NCBI GenBank assembly: GCA_951406725.2
Contig: OX597815.1
Coordinates: forward strand, 152,334,001-152,398,000
DNA from: Octopus vulgaris
Taxonomy: Eukaryota
Length of the DNA: 64,000 nt
Reading direction: 5' to 3'
Below, in pieces: positions 1 to 14,106 of this stretch. Both the position numbers and the translations under genes were made by a program. Numbering within the stretch: the stretch's first letter is position 1; the number at the start of each line of letters is the position of its first letter. The notes under the pieces are model-generated. The model worked only from the letters and a program-made list of their open reading frames with translations, ran no database searches and had not been told where the DNA came from.

Positions 1-3000
1 ATCCATCCATCCATCCAGTTCATTCATCCATCAACCCATCCATCCAGTCAATCCATCAATCCATCCAGTTCATTCATCCACCCGGTCCATTCATTTGGAC
101 CATCCATCAATCCAGTCAACCCATCCATACATACATCACTCCATCCATCCATCCATCCATGCATCTGGTCCATCCATCCACAAAAAACATCCATCTATCC
201 ATCCATCCATCCAGTGCATCCATCCTTCCATCCAAACATCCAGACCATTCATCCATGTATCCACTGATCCATCCATCCAACCAGCAAGCCATCCATCAAT
301 CCATCCAGTCCATCCACGCATTGATCTACTCTATCCATCCATGACGTCCATACATCCATCCATCCATCCATCCATCCACCAATCTGCTGGTCCATCCATC
401 CATCTAGTTCATCCATCCATACATCCAGTCTATCCATCAATCCATCCATCCATCCAAGCATCTGGTCCACACATCCAAGCAGTACATCCGACCATCCCGT
501 CCATCCATCCACCCATCAATCCATGCATCCATCCATCCATCACTTCAGTCCATCCATCTATCCATCCATCCATCCATCTGGTCCATGCATCCATCAAGAC
601 TATACATTCATACATCCATCCTGCCATCAATCTACCTATACCTACATCCCGTCCATCCGGCCTATCCATCCATCCAGTCCATCTGGTCAATCCAACCATC
701 AATTCAGTCCATCCATCCATCCATCCACCCATCCATCCATCCATCCACCCATCCATCAATCAATCGAGTCTGTCAACCCACCCATTCTTGTATCCATCTA
801 TCCATCCCTCCCTACATCCATCCGAACCATCCATCCATCTAGTCCACCCAACCATCTATCCATCCAACCATCCATCGAGACCATCCATGCATCCATCAAT
901 CCATCCAGTTCATCCATCCATACATCCACCCATCCATCTGGTCCATCCATCCATGCATACATCCGTCCATTCATTAATCCATCAATCCCACAATCTATCC
1001 AGTCCATCCATCTATTCATCCAGTCTAACCATCCGTCGATCCATTCATCCAGTCCATCCATCGATCCATCCATCAATCCGTCCAGTCAATCCACCCATCC
1101 AATTCATCCATCTATCCATCCAACCATTACATCCCTACAATAATCCTTCCATCTATCCATCTGGTCCATCCATTTATCCAGTCAATCCATCCAACCATCC
1201 ATCCATGCATCCGGTCTATCCATACATCTACCCTTCCATTCATACATCAATCCATCCACCAAGTCCATCCGGTCCATCCATCCATTCAACCACCCAACCA
1301 TCTTGTCCATCAATCAATCCATCCAACCATCCAGTCCATCCATCTATCCATCCAACCATCCATCCAGTGCATCCATCCATCCGGTCCATCCAGTCTGTCC
1401 ATCCATCCATTCATTCAACCTATCCACCCATCAATCCATCTATCCAATCCATCAATCCAGGCAGTCCATCCATCCATCCACCCATATATCTGGTCCATCC
1501 ATCCATCTATCCATCCATCCACCCAACCATCGATCTGGTCCATCAATCCACTGATGCATCCATCCATCCATCCGATTCATCCATCCATCCATCAATCTGG
1601 TACATCCATCCATTCATTCATTTGGTCTATTATCCAACCATCCAACATTCCATACATCTTTTCATTCATCCACCCATCCATCCAGTCAATACATCAATCC
1701 ATCTATCCATTCATCCAGTCCACCCATCCATGTATCCTCTCATCCATCAATCCATCCATCCATCCAACTGGTCCATCCATCAATCCATCAATCAATTCTT
1801 CTATCCCTCCATCCGCCCATCTGCTTCATCGAGCCCATTCATCAATCCATCCATACATCTGGTCCAACATTCCATCCATCTATCCATCTGGTCCATCCAT
1901 CATTCCATCCATCCGGTCCATCCATCAATTCATCCATCCATCTACTCCATTCATCCATGACGTTCATACATCCATGCATCCACCATTCCATGTGGTCCAC
2001 CCGTCGATCCATCGATCCATCCAGTCCATCCGTCCATGCATCCACACATCCATTTGTGTCGATCCATCAATAAATCCGGTCCATCCCGTCCATCTATCCA
2101 TTCATTCATGCAATCCATCTTATCCATCCATCCATCCATCAGGTCCATATTTCAATCAATCTATCGATCCATCCATCAATCCATCGATCCATCCATCAAT
2201 CCATCCATCGCTCCATCCTTTCTTCCATGCAATCCATCCATCCGTTCACACAGTCCATTCATCCATCCATCCGCCAATCCACTGATCCAGCCATCCATCA
2301 AGTCCATCCATTATTACATCCAGTCTATCCATCAATCCATCCAAGCATCTGGTCTACACATCAAAGCAGTACATCCGACCTTCCATTCCATCCATCCACC
2401 CATCCATCCATCAATCCATGCATTACATGGTCTATCCAACCATCCAGTCCATACATCCATCCATCCATCCATCAATACGGTCCATCCAAACATCCATCCC
2501 TACATCCAGTCCATAACCTCCATCCATGCATCCCTCCACCCATCCAGTCAATCCATCCATCCTTCCAATCATCCACCCATCAATCTGGTCCATCCATCCA
2601 TCGATGCACCCATCCATATGGTCCATCCATCGATCTCGTCTATCCATCCCTCCATCCATCCATCCAGCAATCTATCAAGTCCATACATCTATCAATCCAT
2701 ACATCCAACCAACTGGTCCATCAATCCAATACATTCGACCATCCAGTCCATCAATCCATCCAACCAACTATCTGGTCCATCTTGTACATCCATCCATTCA
2801 TTCCCCAATCCATGAATCGAGTCCGTCCATCCATCAATCCATTCATCCATCCAGTCCATACATCCAACCATCGGTTCCATCCATCCATTCAGTCCACCAT
2901 CCACCCATACACCCATCCATCTGGTCTATTCAACCATCAATCCAGTATATCCATCTATGCATCAACCCATCCATCTGGTCCATCCATACATCAATCCAGT

Positions 3001-6000
3001 CAATCCATACATCCATCTATCCATCAGGTCCATCCATCCACCCATCCACCTGGTCTATCCATCCATCAATCCCGTCCATCACTTCATCCAGTCCGTTCAT
3101 CCATCCATCCATCCATCTGGTCCATCCATCAATCCATGCATCCACCCATCCATCTGGTCTATCCATCCATAAATCCAGTCAATCCATCCATCCATCAATC
3201 CAATCTATCCATTCATTCATCCACTCAGCCATCCAGTCCATGCATCCATCAGTCCATCCATCCATCCGATCAATCCGGTCCATCTATCCACACATCCATC
3301 TGGTCGATCCATCCATCAAGTCCATCCAACCACCAAACCAAGCATCCATACATCCATCCAGTCCTTCCCTCCCTCCATCCATCTGATGCATCCATCCATC
3401 TGGTCCATCCATTCAATCCATCCATCAATCTATCCATCCAATTATCCATCGAGTCCACCCATGCAGCATTCAATCCATCCAGTTCATAAATCCATACATT
3501 CTCCCAGCCATCTTGTCCTCCATTCACCCATCCATCCATCCACCCATTCATCTGGACCATCAGTCCATCCATCCATCTATCCATCAATCCATCAATCCAT
3601 CCTGTCCATCCATCAGTCCAGTCCATTTATCCATCGTTCCATCCAGTTGATCCATCATTTAATCAACACATCAATCCAGACAATCCATCCACATATCCAT
3701 CATTCCATCCATCCAATCCATACATTCGCTCCATCCATCCATCCAGTTAGCCATCCATTTGTCCATCCATCCAAACATCCATCCATCTGGTCTATCCATC
3801 CATCCACCCATCCATCTGGTCCATCAATCCAAACATCCACAAATTCAGCCATCCATCCGGACCATCCCTCAATCCTGTCCATCCATCCATCAATCCAGTC
3901 CATCATACCCTTCATCCATCCATCAGGTCCATCTATCCATCTGGTCCATTCATCCATCCAATCAATCCATCCTTCTATCCAATCCATGCAGTCCATCTAT
4001 ACATCCATCTATCCATCCAGCCATCCAACCGGTCAATCCATCCATCATGTCCCTCTATCAATCCATCCAACCATCTGTCTGGTCCATCCATCCATTCATC
4101 AATCCAACCATCTATCTGGTTCATCCACCCATCCAGTCAATCAATCCACCCATACATCTTTCCATCTATCCCTCCATCCATCCATCCATCTATCCAGTGC
4201 ATCCCTCCCTTCATCTATCTGGTCAATCCATCCATCCACCTATCCATATGGTACATCCATCTATCCATCCATACATCCAACCATTCATCCAGCCGATCTA
4301 TGCATGCATCAATCCATCCATCCATATATCAAGCCATTCATCTCGTCCATCAATTCACCTATTCATGCATCCATCCTTCCATCCATACATCGAATCCCTC
4401 CATACTTCAATCCAGTTATCCATCTATCCATCAATCCATCCATCCAACAATCCATCTATACATCCATCCAGTTCATACATCCATCCATCCATCCTCCATC
4501 AATCCATCCATCCAACCATCAATACAGTCCATCCATCCTTCCATGCATCCGTTCCATCCATCCATCAATCTGGTCCACCCATCCATCCAGTCCCCTCCAT
4601 CCACCTATCTATCTGGTCCATCCATCCATCCAGTCCATCCATCCATCTATCCAATCCATGCAGTCCATCTATCTATCCATCCATCCATCCATCCAACCAT
4701 CTGTCTGGTGCATCCATCCATTCATCCAGTCAATCAACTCACCCATACATCCATCAATCCATTCATCCAGTTCATACATCCATCCACCCTATTCATATTG
4801 TACATCCATCTATCCATCCATACATCCAACCATACATCCAGCCAATCTATGCATGCCTCCATCCATCTCATCCATCCATCCACCTATTCATTCATCCATC
4901 CTTCAATCCAAACATCGAATCCATCTATACTTCAATCCAAAAATCCATCTATACATCCATCAATCCAGTTCATCCATCCACCTATCCATATGGTACATCC
5001 ATGTATCCATCCAAACATCCAACCATTCATTCAGCCGATCTATGCATGCATCCATCCATCCAGTCAATCCATCCATAATCACCCATCCATATTGTCCACC
5101 CATCCACCTATTCATCCATCCATACATCGAATCCATTCAAACTTCAATCCAGTAATCCATCAATCCATCCATCCATGCATCCAAAAATCAATCTATACAT
5201 CCACCCAGTCCACACATCCATCCATCAATCCAGTCCATCCATCCATCCAACAATCTATCCATCCATCCAACCATCCATTCAGTCCATCGTTCCTTCCATC
5301 CATTCCATCCATCCATCAATCTGGTGCACCCATCCATCCAGTCCATCCATCCGTCCACATAACTATCTGGTCCATCCACCCATCCATTCATGCTGTCAAA
5401 CCATCCATTCGTCCATCTGGTCCATCAATCCATCAAGACCATCATCAATCCATCCATCCACCTATACATCTAGTACATCTACCCAGTCATCCATCCATCG
5501 ATTCAGTCACCCATGTAGTCCATCTCTCCATCCATCTGCTCCAACCATCAATCCAGTCGATCCATCATTCCATCTAGTCCATCCATCCATTCATCCATAC
5601 ATCTATTCATCAGGTCAATCCATCCATTCCATCGACCCACCCATCCATCCATCCAGTCCATCTATCCATCCATCCACATTGTAAATCCATCTATCAATCC
5701 ACACATCCAGCCATCCATTCAGCCATTCTATGCATCCATCCATCCATCCAGTCCATTCATCCATATATCCATCCATCTCGTCCATCCTTCCATCATTCCA
5801 TCCATACATCAAATCCATCCATACTTCCATCAACTCATCCATCTATCCACCAATGCATCCATCCATGCATCCAACAATCCATCCAGTCCATACATCCATC
5901 CATCAATCGATCCATCCATCCATCCATACATCCATTCCATCCATCCATCAATCTGGACCACCCATCCATCCATCCACCTATCTATCTGGTCCATCTATCC

Positions 6001-9000
6001 GCATATCCATCTGGTCCATCCATCCATCCAATCCATCCATTCATCCATCCATCCATCTGGTCTATCCATCCAGTCAATCGATCCATCCATCCATCTATCC
6101 AATCTATGCAGTCCATCCATACATCATTCTATCCATCCATCCATCCATCCAACTGGTCCATCTATCCATCCAGCTGATCTATGCATGCATCCATCCATCC
6201 AGTCCATCCATCCATATATCAACGCATCCATCTTGTCCATTTATTCACCTATTCATCCATCCATCCTTCCATCCATACATCGAATCACTCTATACTTCAA
6301 TCCAGTTATCCATCTATCCATCAATTCATCCATCCACACATCCAACAATCCATCTATACATCTATCTAGACAATACATCCATCAATCCAGTCCATCCATC
6401 CATCCAGTACCTCCATTCATTAATCCATCCAACAATCTATCCATCAATCCAACCATCCATACAGACCATCCATCCGTTCCATCCATCCATCAATCTGGTC
6501 CACCCATCCATCCAGTACCTCCATCCATCCACCTATTTATCTGGTCCATCCATCCATCCATCCATGTATCCAATCCATGCAGTTCATCTATCTATCCATC
6601 CATCCATCCAGTCCATCCATCCATCCACCTATCCATATGGTACATCCATCTATCCATCCATACATCCAACCATACATCCGGCCGATCTATGCATGCATCC
6701 ATCCATCCAGTCCATCTATCCGTCTCGTCCATCCATCCATATATTCATCCATCCATCCTTCAATCCAAGCATCGAATCCATCCATACTTCAATCCAGTCA
6801 TCCATCTATCCATCAATCCACCTATCCATATGGTACATCCATAGATCCATCCATACATCCAGCCGATCTATGCATGCATCCATCCATCGTGTCCATCCAT
6901 CCATATTCACCCATCCATATCGTCCACCCATCCACCTATTCATCCATCCATCCTTCCACCCAAACATCGAATCCATCCATACTTCAATCCAGTCATCCAT
7001 CTATCCATCAATCCATCCATCAATGCATCCAAAAATCCATCTATACATCCACCCAGTCCACACATTCATCCATACATACATCCATCCATCCAGTCCATCT
7101 ATCCATCCATCCAGTCCATCTATCCATCCATCGAGTCCATCCATCCATCAATCTATCCATCCAGTCAATCCTTCCTTCCATCCATCAATCTGGTGCACCC
7201 ATTCATCGAGTCCATCCATCCGTCCAACTATCTATCTGGTCCATCCATCCATTCATGGGGTCAAACCCTCCATCCATCCATTCATCCATCTATCCATCTG
7301 GTCCATCAATCCATCAAGACCATCAATCCAGATATCCGCCTATCCATCTAGTATATCCACCTAGTCATCCATCAATTGATTCAGCCACCCATGTTGTCCA
7401 TCTAACCATCCATCCGGTCCATCCATCTGCGCCATCTATCCATCCATTCGATCCACCATTCCATCTAGTCCATCCATCCATCCATCCAGTCCATCCTTCC
7501 ATCCAGTTCATACATCCATCCAGTCAATTCATCCATCCATCCAACCATCCATCTATACATCCAGTCCATCCATCCATCCAAATATCCATCTGCTCCATCC
7601 ACTTCATTAATCTATTCATCCTATCAATCCATTCATCCAATCTGTCCATCCATCCACCCATCAATCCATCAGGTCCATCCATCCTCCAACCGGTCTATCC
7701 ATCCATCAAGTCCATCTATCCATCCACCCATTCGTCTGGTCCATACAGCCATCCATCTGGTCCATCCACCCATCAAGTCAATCAACCACCCATACATCCA
7801 TCCATCCATCCATCCATCCAAGCATCCAGTCCATCCCTCCCTCCATCCATACATTCATACATCCAGTCCATCTATCAATGCACACATCCCATCCATCCAT
7901 ATATCCATCCATCACATCCAAACAGCCATCCAGCCGATCTATGCATCCATCCATCCATATATCCATCCATCTACCTGTTCATCCACCCACCTATTCATCC
8001 ATCCATCCTTCCATCCAAACATCGAATCCATCCATACTTCCATCCACTCATCCATCTATCCATCAATCCATCCATCCAACAATCCATCTATCCATTCATT
8101 CAGTCCATATATCCATCCATCTATCAATCCATCTAACAATCCAGTCCATCCATCCTTCCAATCCATCCATTCCATCCATCTATTCATCAATCTGGTCCAC
8201 CCATCCATCCAGTATCCATTCATCCATCCACCTATCTATCTGGTCCATCCATCTGCACATCCATCTGGTCCATCTATCCATCCATCCATTCATGCAGTCA
8301 ATACATGCAGTCCATCCATCCATCAATCTGGTCCACCCATCCATCCTGTCCATCCATCCATCAAGTCCATCAATCCATCCATCCACCTATCAATCTAGAC
8401 CATCCACCCAGTCATCCATCAATCCATTCAACCATCCATGTAATCCATCCATCCATCCATATATCTGGTCCATCCATCCAGCCCATCCATCCTTCCATCT
8501 GGTTCATCCATCCATCTGGTTCATTCATCCATCCAGTCCATCCATCCATCAATCCAACCATCCATCCGGTCCATACAGTCCATCCATCTATCAATCCATC
8601 TATATATCCAGTCCATACATCCATCCATCCATCAAGTCCATCAATCCATCCGTCCACCTATCCATCTAGACCATCCACACAGTCATCCATTCAACCATCC
8701 ATGTAGTCCATCCATCCATATATCCGGTCCATCCATCCATCTATCCTTCCATCTGGTAATCCATCCATCCAGTCCATCCATCAATCCAACAATCCATCTG
8801 GTCCATTCATCCATCCACCCATCGATCTGGTACATCCATTTAACCATCCGTCTATCAATCCATCTATATATCCAGTCCATACATCCATCCAAACCTTCCA
8901 TCCGGTCCATCGATCCATCAATCCATACATTCATTTATCCATCCTTTCCTCCAGTTCATGCATCTACCCATCCATTAATCTGGACTCTCCATGCATCCAT

Positions 9001-11315
9001 TCACCCAGTCCATTCATTCATCCATCAATCCATCCATCCATCCAGTTCATGAATCGATTCATCCTGTCCATCCATTCATCCAATCTGTCCATGCATCATC
9101 CATGCGGTCCTTTCATCCATCCATCCATCCCTCCAGACCATCCATCCACCCATCAACACATCCATCTGGCCCATCCATCAATCCATACATCCATCTGTCA
9201 AATCCATCCATCCCTCCAACAATCTACCTATCCATCCAGACCATCAATCCATTCTTCGACCCATCCATCCAGACCATGTATCTATCAAGTCCATCCATCC
9301 ATCTGGTCAATCCATCCATCCATCCATCCAGTCCATCCATCTGGTCCATACACCTATCCATCCATCTGGTCCATCCATACAAACATCTCCACCTATCCAT
9401 CCATACAAACATCTCGTCCAACAATCTATCCATCCAACCCTCCATCCATCCAACCATCCATCTCATCAAACCATACATCCACCCAGTCCTCCATATATAC
9501 ATCTATCCATCCAGTCCATCCATCCATGCATCAACCCATCCAGTCCATCAATCCAAGCATCCAACCACCAATCTGGTCCATCCATCAATCCATGCATCCA
9601 TGCATCCATCCACCCATCCATCTGGTCCATCCATTCATCCATCAATCTCTGCAGTCCATCCATCCATACACCCATTGTTCTTGACCATCCACCCATCCAT
9701 CCATCCAGTCCATCCATCCCTCCAGTCCATCCATCCAACAATCTATCCATCCATCCTTTCCATCAATCCATCCATCAAATCCATCTATCCTTCCATCCAC
9801 CCATCCATCTGTTCCATACATCAATCCATCCTACCATTCACTTAGCCATCCAGTTCATCCATCCAGTCCTTCCATCCATCATTCTACCCATCCATCTGTT
9901 CCATCCAACCAGCCAGCAAGCCAGTCCCTCCATGTATCCATCCATTGATATATCCACCCATTCATCTGGTCCATCAATCCATCCATCCATTTATCTGGTC
10001 CATCCATCCATCGAGGCCATCCATTCAATCCATCCACCCATCTAGTCAATCCATCCATACATCCATCTGGTACATCCATCCGGTCCATCCGCCAATCCAT
10101 CCAATCCATCCATCTATCCAGTCAATCCATCCCTGCAATCCATCCATCCATCTGGTCGTTCCATCCACCTATCCATTCATACATCCATCTATCCATCCAG
10201 TCCATCCATCCGGTACATCCATTCCATCCGTACATCCATGTATCCATCTATGTAGTACATCCATCAATCCATCCATCCATCCATCAACCAATCCATCTAG
10301 TCCATCCATTCATACATCCATCTATCCATCCTTTCATACATCTATCCATCCATCCATCTGGTCCATCATCCATCCATCCATCGACACATCCATCTGGTCC
10401 ACCCATCCATCTGGTCCACCCATCCATCTGGTCTACCCATCCATCTGGTCCACCCATCCGTCTGGTCCATCCATCCATTCATCCAGTCCATCCATCCATC
10501 AATCTATCCAGTCAATCCATCTATCCATCCATCTGGTCCATCCATCCATCCATGTATCCATCCATCCAGTTCATCCATCCATCCATCCATTCCATTCCAT
10601 CCATCCAGTCAATCCATCCAACCATCCATCTGGTCATCCATCCATTCAGTCCATCCACTCATCCATCCATCTGTCCATCCATCACTTCGGTCCTTTAATC
10701 CATCCATCTATCCAGTCCATCCAACATCCCATCCGTCTGGTCCATCCATCCATTCATCCATCCATCCGTCCATCCATCCATCCGGTGCATCAATCCAATC
10801 CACATCCATCTGGTCCACTCATCCATCCAGTCAATCCATCCATCCATCTGGTCCATCCATCCATCCATGTAGTCCATCCATCCATCCATCCACTATCCAT
10901 CCATCCATCTATCCGTCCTTCCATCCATCCGGTCAATCCATCCATCCGTCCATCTATCCATCCATCTGATCCATCTATCCACCAATCCATCTGGTCCATC
11001 CATCCATCCATCTAGTCCATCCATCCCTTCAACCATTCATCCATCCCTCCAGTCCATCCATTGAACAATCCATCCATCCTTTCCATCAATCCATCCCTCT
11101 ATCCATCTGGTCCATCCATCCATCCATCCATTCATTCATCCGCTTCATCCATCCAGCTTCCATCCATCCATCCGGTACATCCATCAATCCATCCATCCGG
11201 TACATCCATCCATCTGGTACATCCATTGGGTCCATCCACCAATCCATCCATCCAATCCATCGATCCGTCCCTTCCATCCATCTGGTCCTTCCATCCACCT
11301 ATCCATTCATACATC
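1..11315. repeat. Degenerate (ATCC)n/(GGAT)n tetranucleotide satellite, open at the window start
   Basis: Continuous ATCC-based sequence with recurrent variants (CATCTGGTC, CCAGTC, ATCAATCC). G is strongly depleted on +. Confidence 0.97.
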
Positions 11316-11847
11316 TGTAGTGACGTCATGTTCCAGTGTGCGCACACGCAACGTCATTCTTCAGTGTGTGTGTGCAGAGCATCCTTCTTCAGTGTGCATG
11401 TGCGGGGTTGGAACCTTCTGGAACCTTCTGGAAAGGCATAAGGAAGTTCCCTCATGCACATGCGCTAGAGACTGAAGAAGAAATTCTATAGCGTTCCTTA
11501 ATAGCGTCGGGGACTTGAGACTCGGCGATAGAAGAGAAAGGATGCATTTTTAAACGTGTGATCAGCCTATTCTCCTGTCCCAGATGCTTAGGATTTAACC
11601 TGTTCTATTGCTGCTGAATTGTTGTAAGAAGCTTACAAACGTTAGAATTCAGTCTTGCTGTGTTGAACTAGGTGGATACCAGTATACCATCGTGTTTCAT
11701 TGTTGAAACAGAGAATAAAGAATTGTATATATTTTTAAACTTGCATTTCATTCCTGACTGGTAGTTTCTAGAAACAAAAATAAAGGCAATTGTGTTACAC
11801 CCAAGTTGCATCCCAAAAGTGTAAAGAAGCAACCAGTTCCCTTTACA
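11316..11847. mobile_element. Solo LTR (probably Ty3/Gypsy) inserted in the satellite
   Basis: 532-bp non-satellite island with TGTA...TACA termini, CATC on both flanks (11312-11315, 11848-11851) and AATAAA motifs in the 3' half. Confidence 0.65.
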
Positions 11848-12330
11848 CATCGATCCATCCATCTATCCATCCATCAAGCTTGTCCATCCATCCGGTACAT
11901 CCGTTCCATCCTGTACATCCATGTATCCATCTATCCATCCGTCCATCCATCCATCCATCAATCCATCCATCGATAAATCCTGTCCATCCATCCACCCATT
12001 CATCCATCTATCTGGTCCATCCATCCATCCTGTCCATCCATCTATCCATCCATCTATCCAGTCCATCCATCCATCCATCCGCCCATCCATCTGGTCCATC
12101 CAGTCCATCCATCTATTCATCAATCCATCCATCCGTCCATCCATCCATCCATCAATCCATCCATTTGTCCATCCATCCATCCATCCATCCATCAAACCAT
12201 CTATCCATCCATTCATCCTGTCCATCCATCCATCCACCCATTCATCCCTCCATCCATGAATCCTTCCATCCATCCATCTATCCATTCATCCTGTCCATTC
12301 ATCTATCCATTCATCCTGTCCATTCATCAT
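11848..12330. repeat. (ATCC)n satellite, distal part
   Basis: The same ATCC satellite resumes after the insertion and ends near 12330. Confidence 0.95.
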
Positions 12331-12689
12331 AATGTGGGCCCCTACATGGAAAACATATCCTTCTATAAATTTGTTTCTCAGTTTTGTATATCAGTGTCAA
12401 GCATTATTTAAGTGTAAGTTATTTGTGTATTTAATTTTGCATTGTTCTCTATAAGGAGTATTGCTTCCACTATTAATTGCCAATATTTGCAGTGCATTCT
12501 GTTTAAAAGTATGTCAGTGCTATTGATCTATCACATTTAAACAAAGAGCTATAGCAATGCCCTATGTCACATTACACAAAACAAAACTAGATAAGAAAAC
12601 ATCCAAGAAAATTCCAAAACAGAAGCAAAATGACTAGACCATGAGCTGGTAAGAAAAGGAATTACATTGTCAATCTTGAAACTAAAGGT

Positions 12690-12900
12690 CCTTGATATGG
12701 AAATCTGAAATGAGAAGCTCAACCGCTAATCATAGTTGCTGACGAGCAAGGCATTGAACAAACTTGATACAAAGATTGCTAAAACTCAGTCAGAGAACAA
12801 GGGCAGAATCTGTAGAAAAAAGATGACTGTACTAACCATCATTCTAGTAAATGCAGTAAACTGGCACAAAAGAATATAAGTTCAGGCATGACTGTATCCG
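12690..12900 (+). mobile_element. Highly decayed R4/Dong-clade non-LTR retrotransposon fragment (zinc knuckle/RHD region)
   Basis: Frameshifted translation gives KIAKTQSENKGRIC...CSKLAQK/EYKFRHD, matching the CxxC..H...C knuckle followed by RHD of RLE-encoding elements. Confidence 0.5.
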
Positions 12901-13004
12901 TAAGAGAAACTGGTGACAGTGTCCACTAGATAATAAGTGCCTTTTGTTAGAGCTCGTTGATAAGGCTGAAATCTAGGACAAGGAAGGCGTTATGAAAATC
13001 GTAT

Positions 13005-13285
13005 ATAGGTGGGGCCTCATGGAGGACAAGTGATGACACTTTGGCGATATGCTGTGCTTGAGAAGATTCATCAAGCCAAGTGAAATCCTAGTTGTGGCGA
13101 AGCCAGTGTCACATAACTGGCACCTGTGCCAGTGGCACATAAAAAAAACCCATTACACTCTCAGACTGGTTGGTGTTAGGAAGGGCATCCTGCCATAGAA
13201 GCCATGCCATATCAGACTGGAACCTGGTTCAACTATCTGCTTTACCAGTTCCAGTCAAACCATGATCATGATCATGATCATGATC
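13005..13285 (+). mobile_element. RTE LINE 3'-UTR remnant
   Basis: GGTTGGTGTTAGGAAGGGCATCC...TCAGACTGGA motif shared with the RTE tails at 32.8-33.3, 34.5-34.7 and 41.9-42.1 kb. Confidence 0.6.
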
Positions 13286-13287
13286 AC

Positions 13288-13320
<33 letters not shown>

Positions 13321-13820
13321 GACACACAAACACACACGTGTACACACATATATATCATGATAATGATGAGGGCTCACAGAAAACACCTTTAAAGCCTGTT
13401 TCATTCAACATTTTTACACAATCTGTAACAGTAGTAGAAGAAATGTTACATCATATAAATAATCCTACCATCAAGTATTTAAAGAAAGTGTCTAAAATGG
13501 ACAAGGCACAAGGTGTAATCTGTAGTAACAGAAAAACTGCACATCCTGTCTGCAATTAACATCTTAAACTCAAGAGAGGAGACACTTGCCCCAATCTTGC
13601 TTATATGGGAAAAAAATTCAGTCTACAATTATTAAAATATACTCCTTCCCTGGAGAATTCCATCCACAAACAGGATAACAGTAACATCTTTCCATAATAA
13701 TCACTACCCATCAACCCTTTATCCTAATCAACACTATCATTAAAATTGCTCCTCCCATTTTTACAATGATTTCCTTATTTTCCTTATCATCATTATCAGA
13801 ATCATTGTAAGTATCAGAAC

Positions 13821-13863
13821 ACATACATACATGCATGTATACATACATACATACATACATACA

Positions 13864-13899
<36 letters not shown>

Positions 13900-14057
13900 T
13901 ACATACATACATGCATTTATTCATTCATTCATACATACATGCATACATACATACATGCATTTATTCATTCATATGTACATACATACATACATACATACAT
14001 ACATGCATTTATTCATACATACATACATACATACATACATACATGCATACATACATG

Positions 14058-14089
<32 letters not shown>

Positions 14090-14106
14090 TACATACATAC
14101 ATACAT
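13821..14106. repeat. (TACA)n/(CATT)n compound microsatellite at the 3' tail of the adjacent RTE
   Basis: Direct inspection. Confidence 0.9.

Noticed and set aside
11470-11500. CTGAAGA…GAAA hammerhead-like words in the solo LTR
   Set aside because: No stem II between the boxes and no closing stems I or III.
95-12332. Long H/P/S/I-rich ORFs (up to 621 aa) and W/M/D/G-rich antisense ORFs
   Set aside because: They are translations of (ATCC)n, which lacks stop codons; they are open in all frames and show no domain content.
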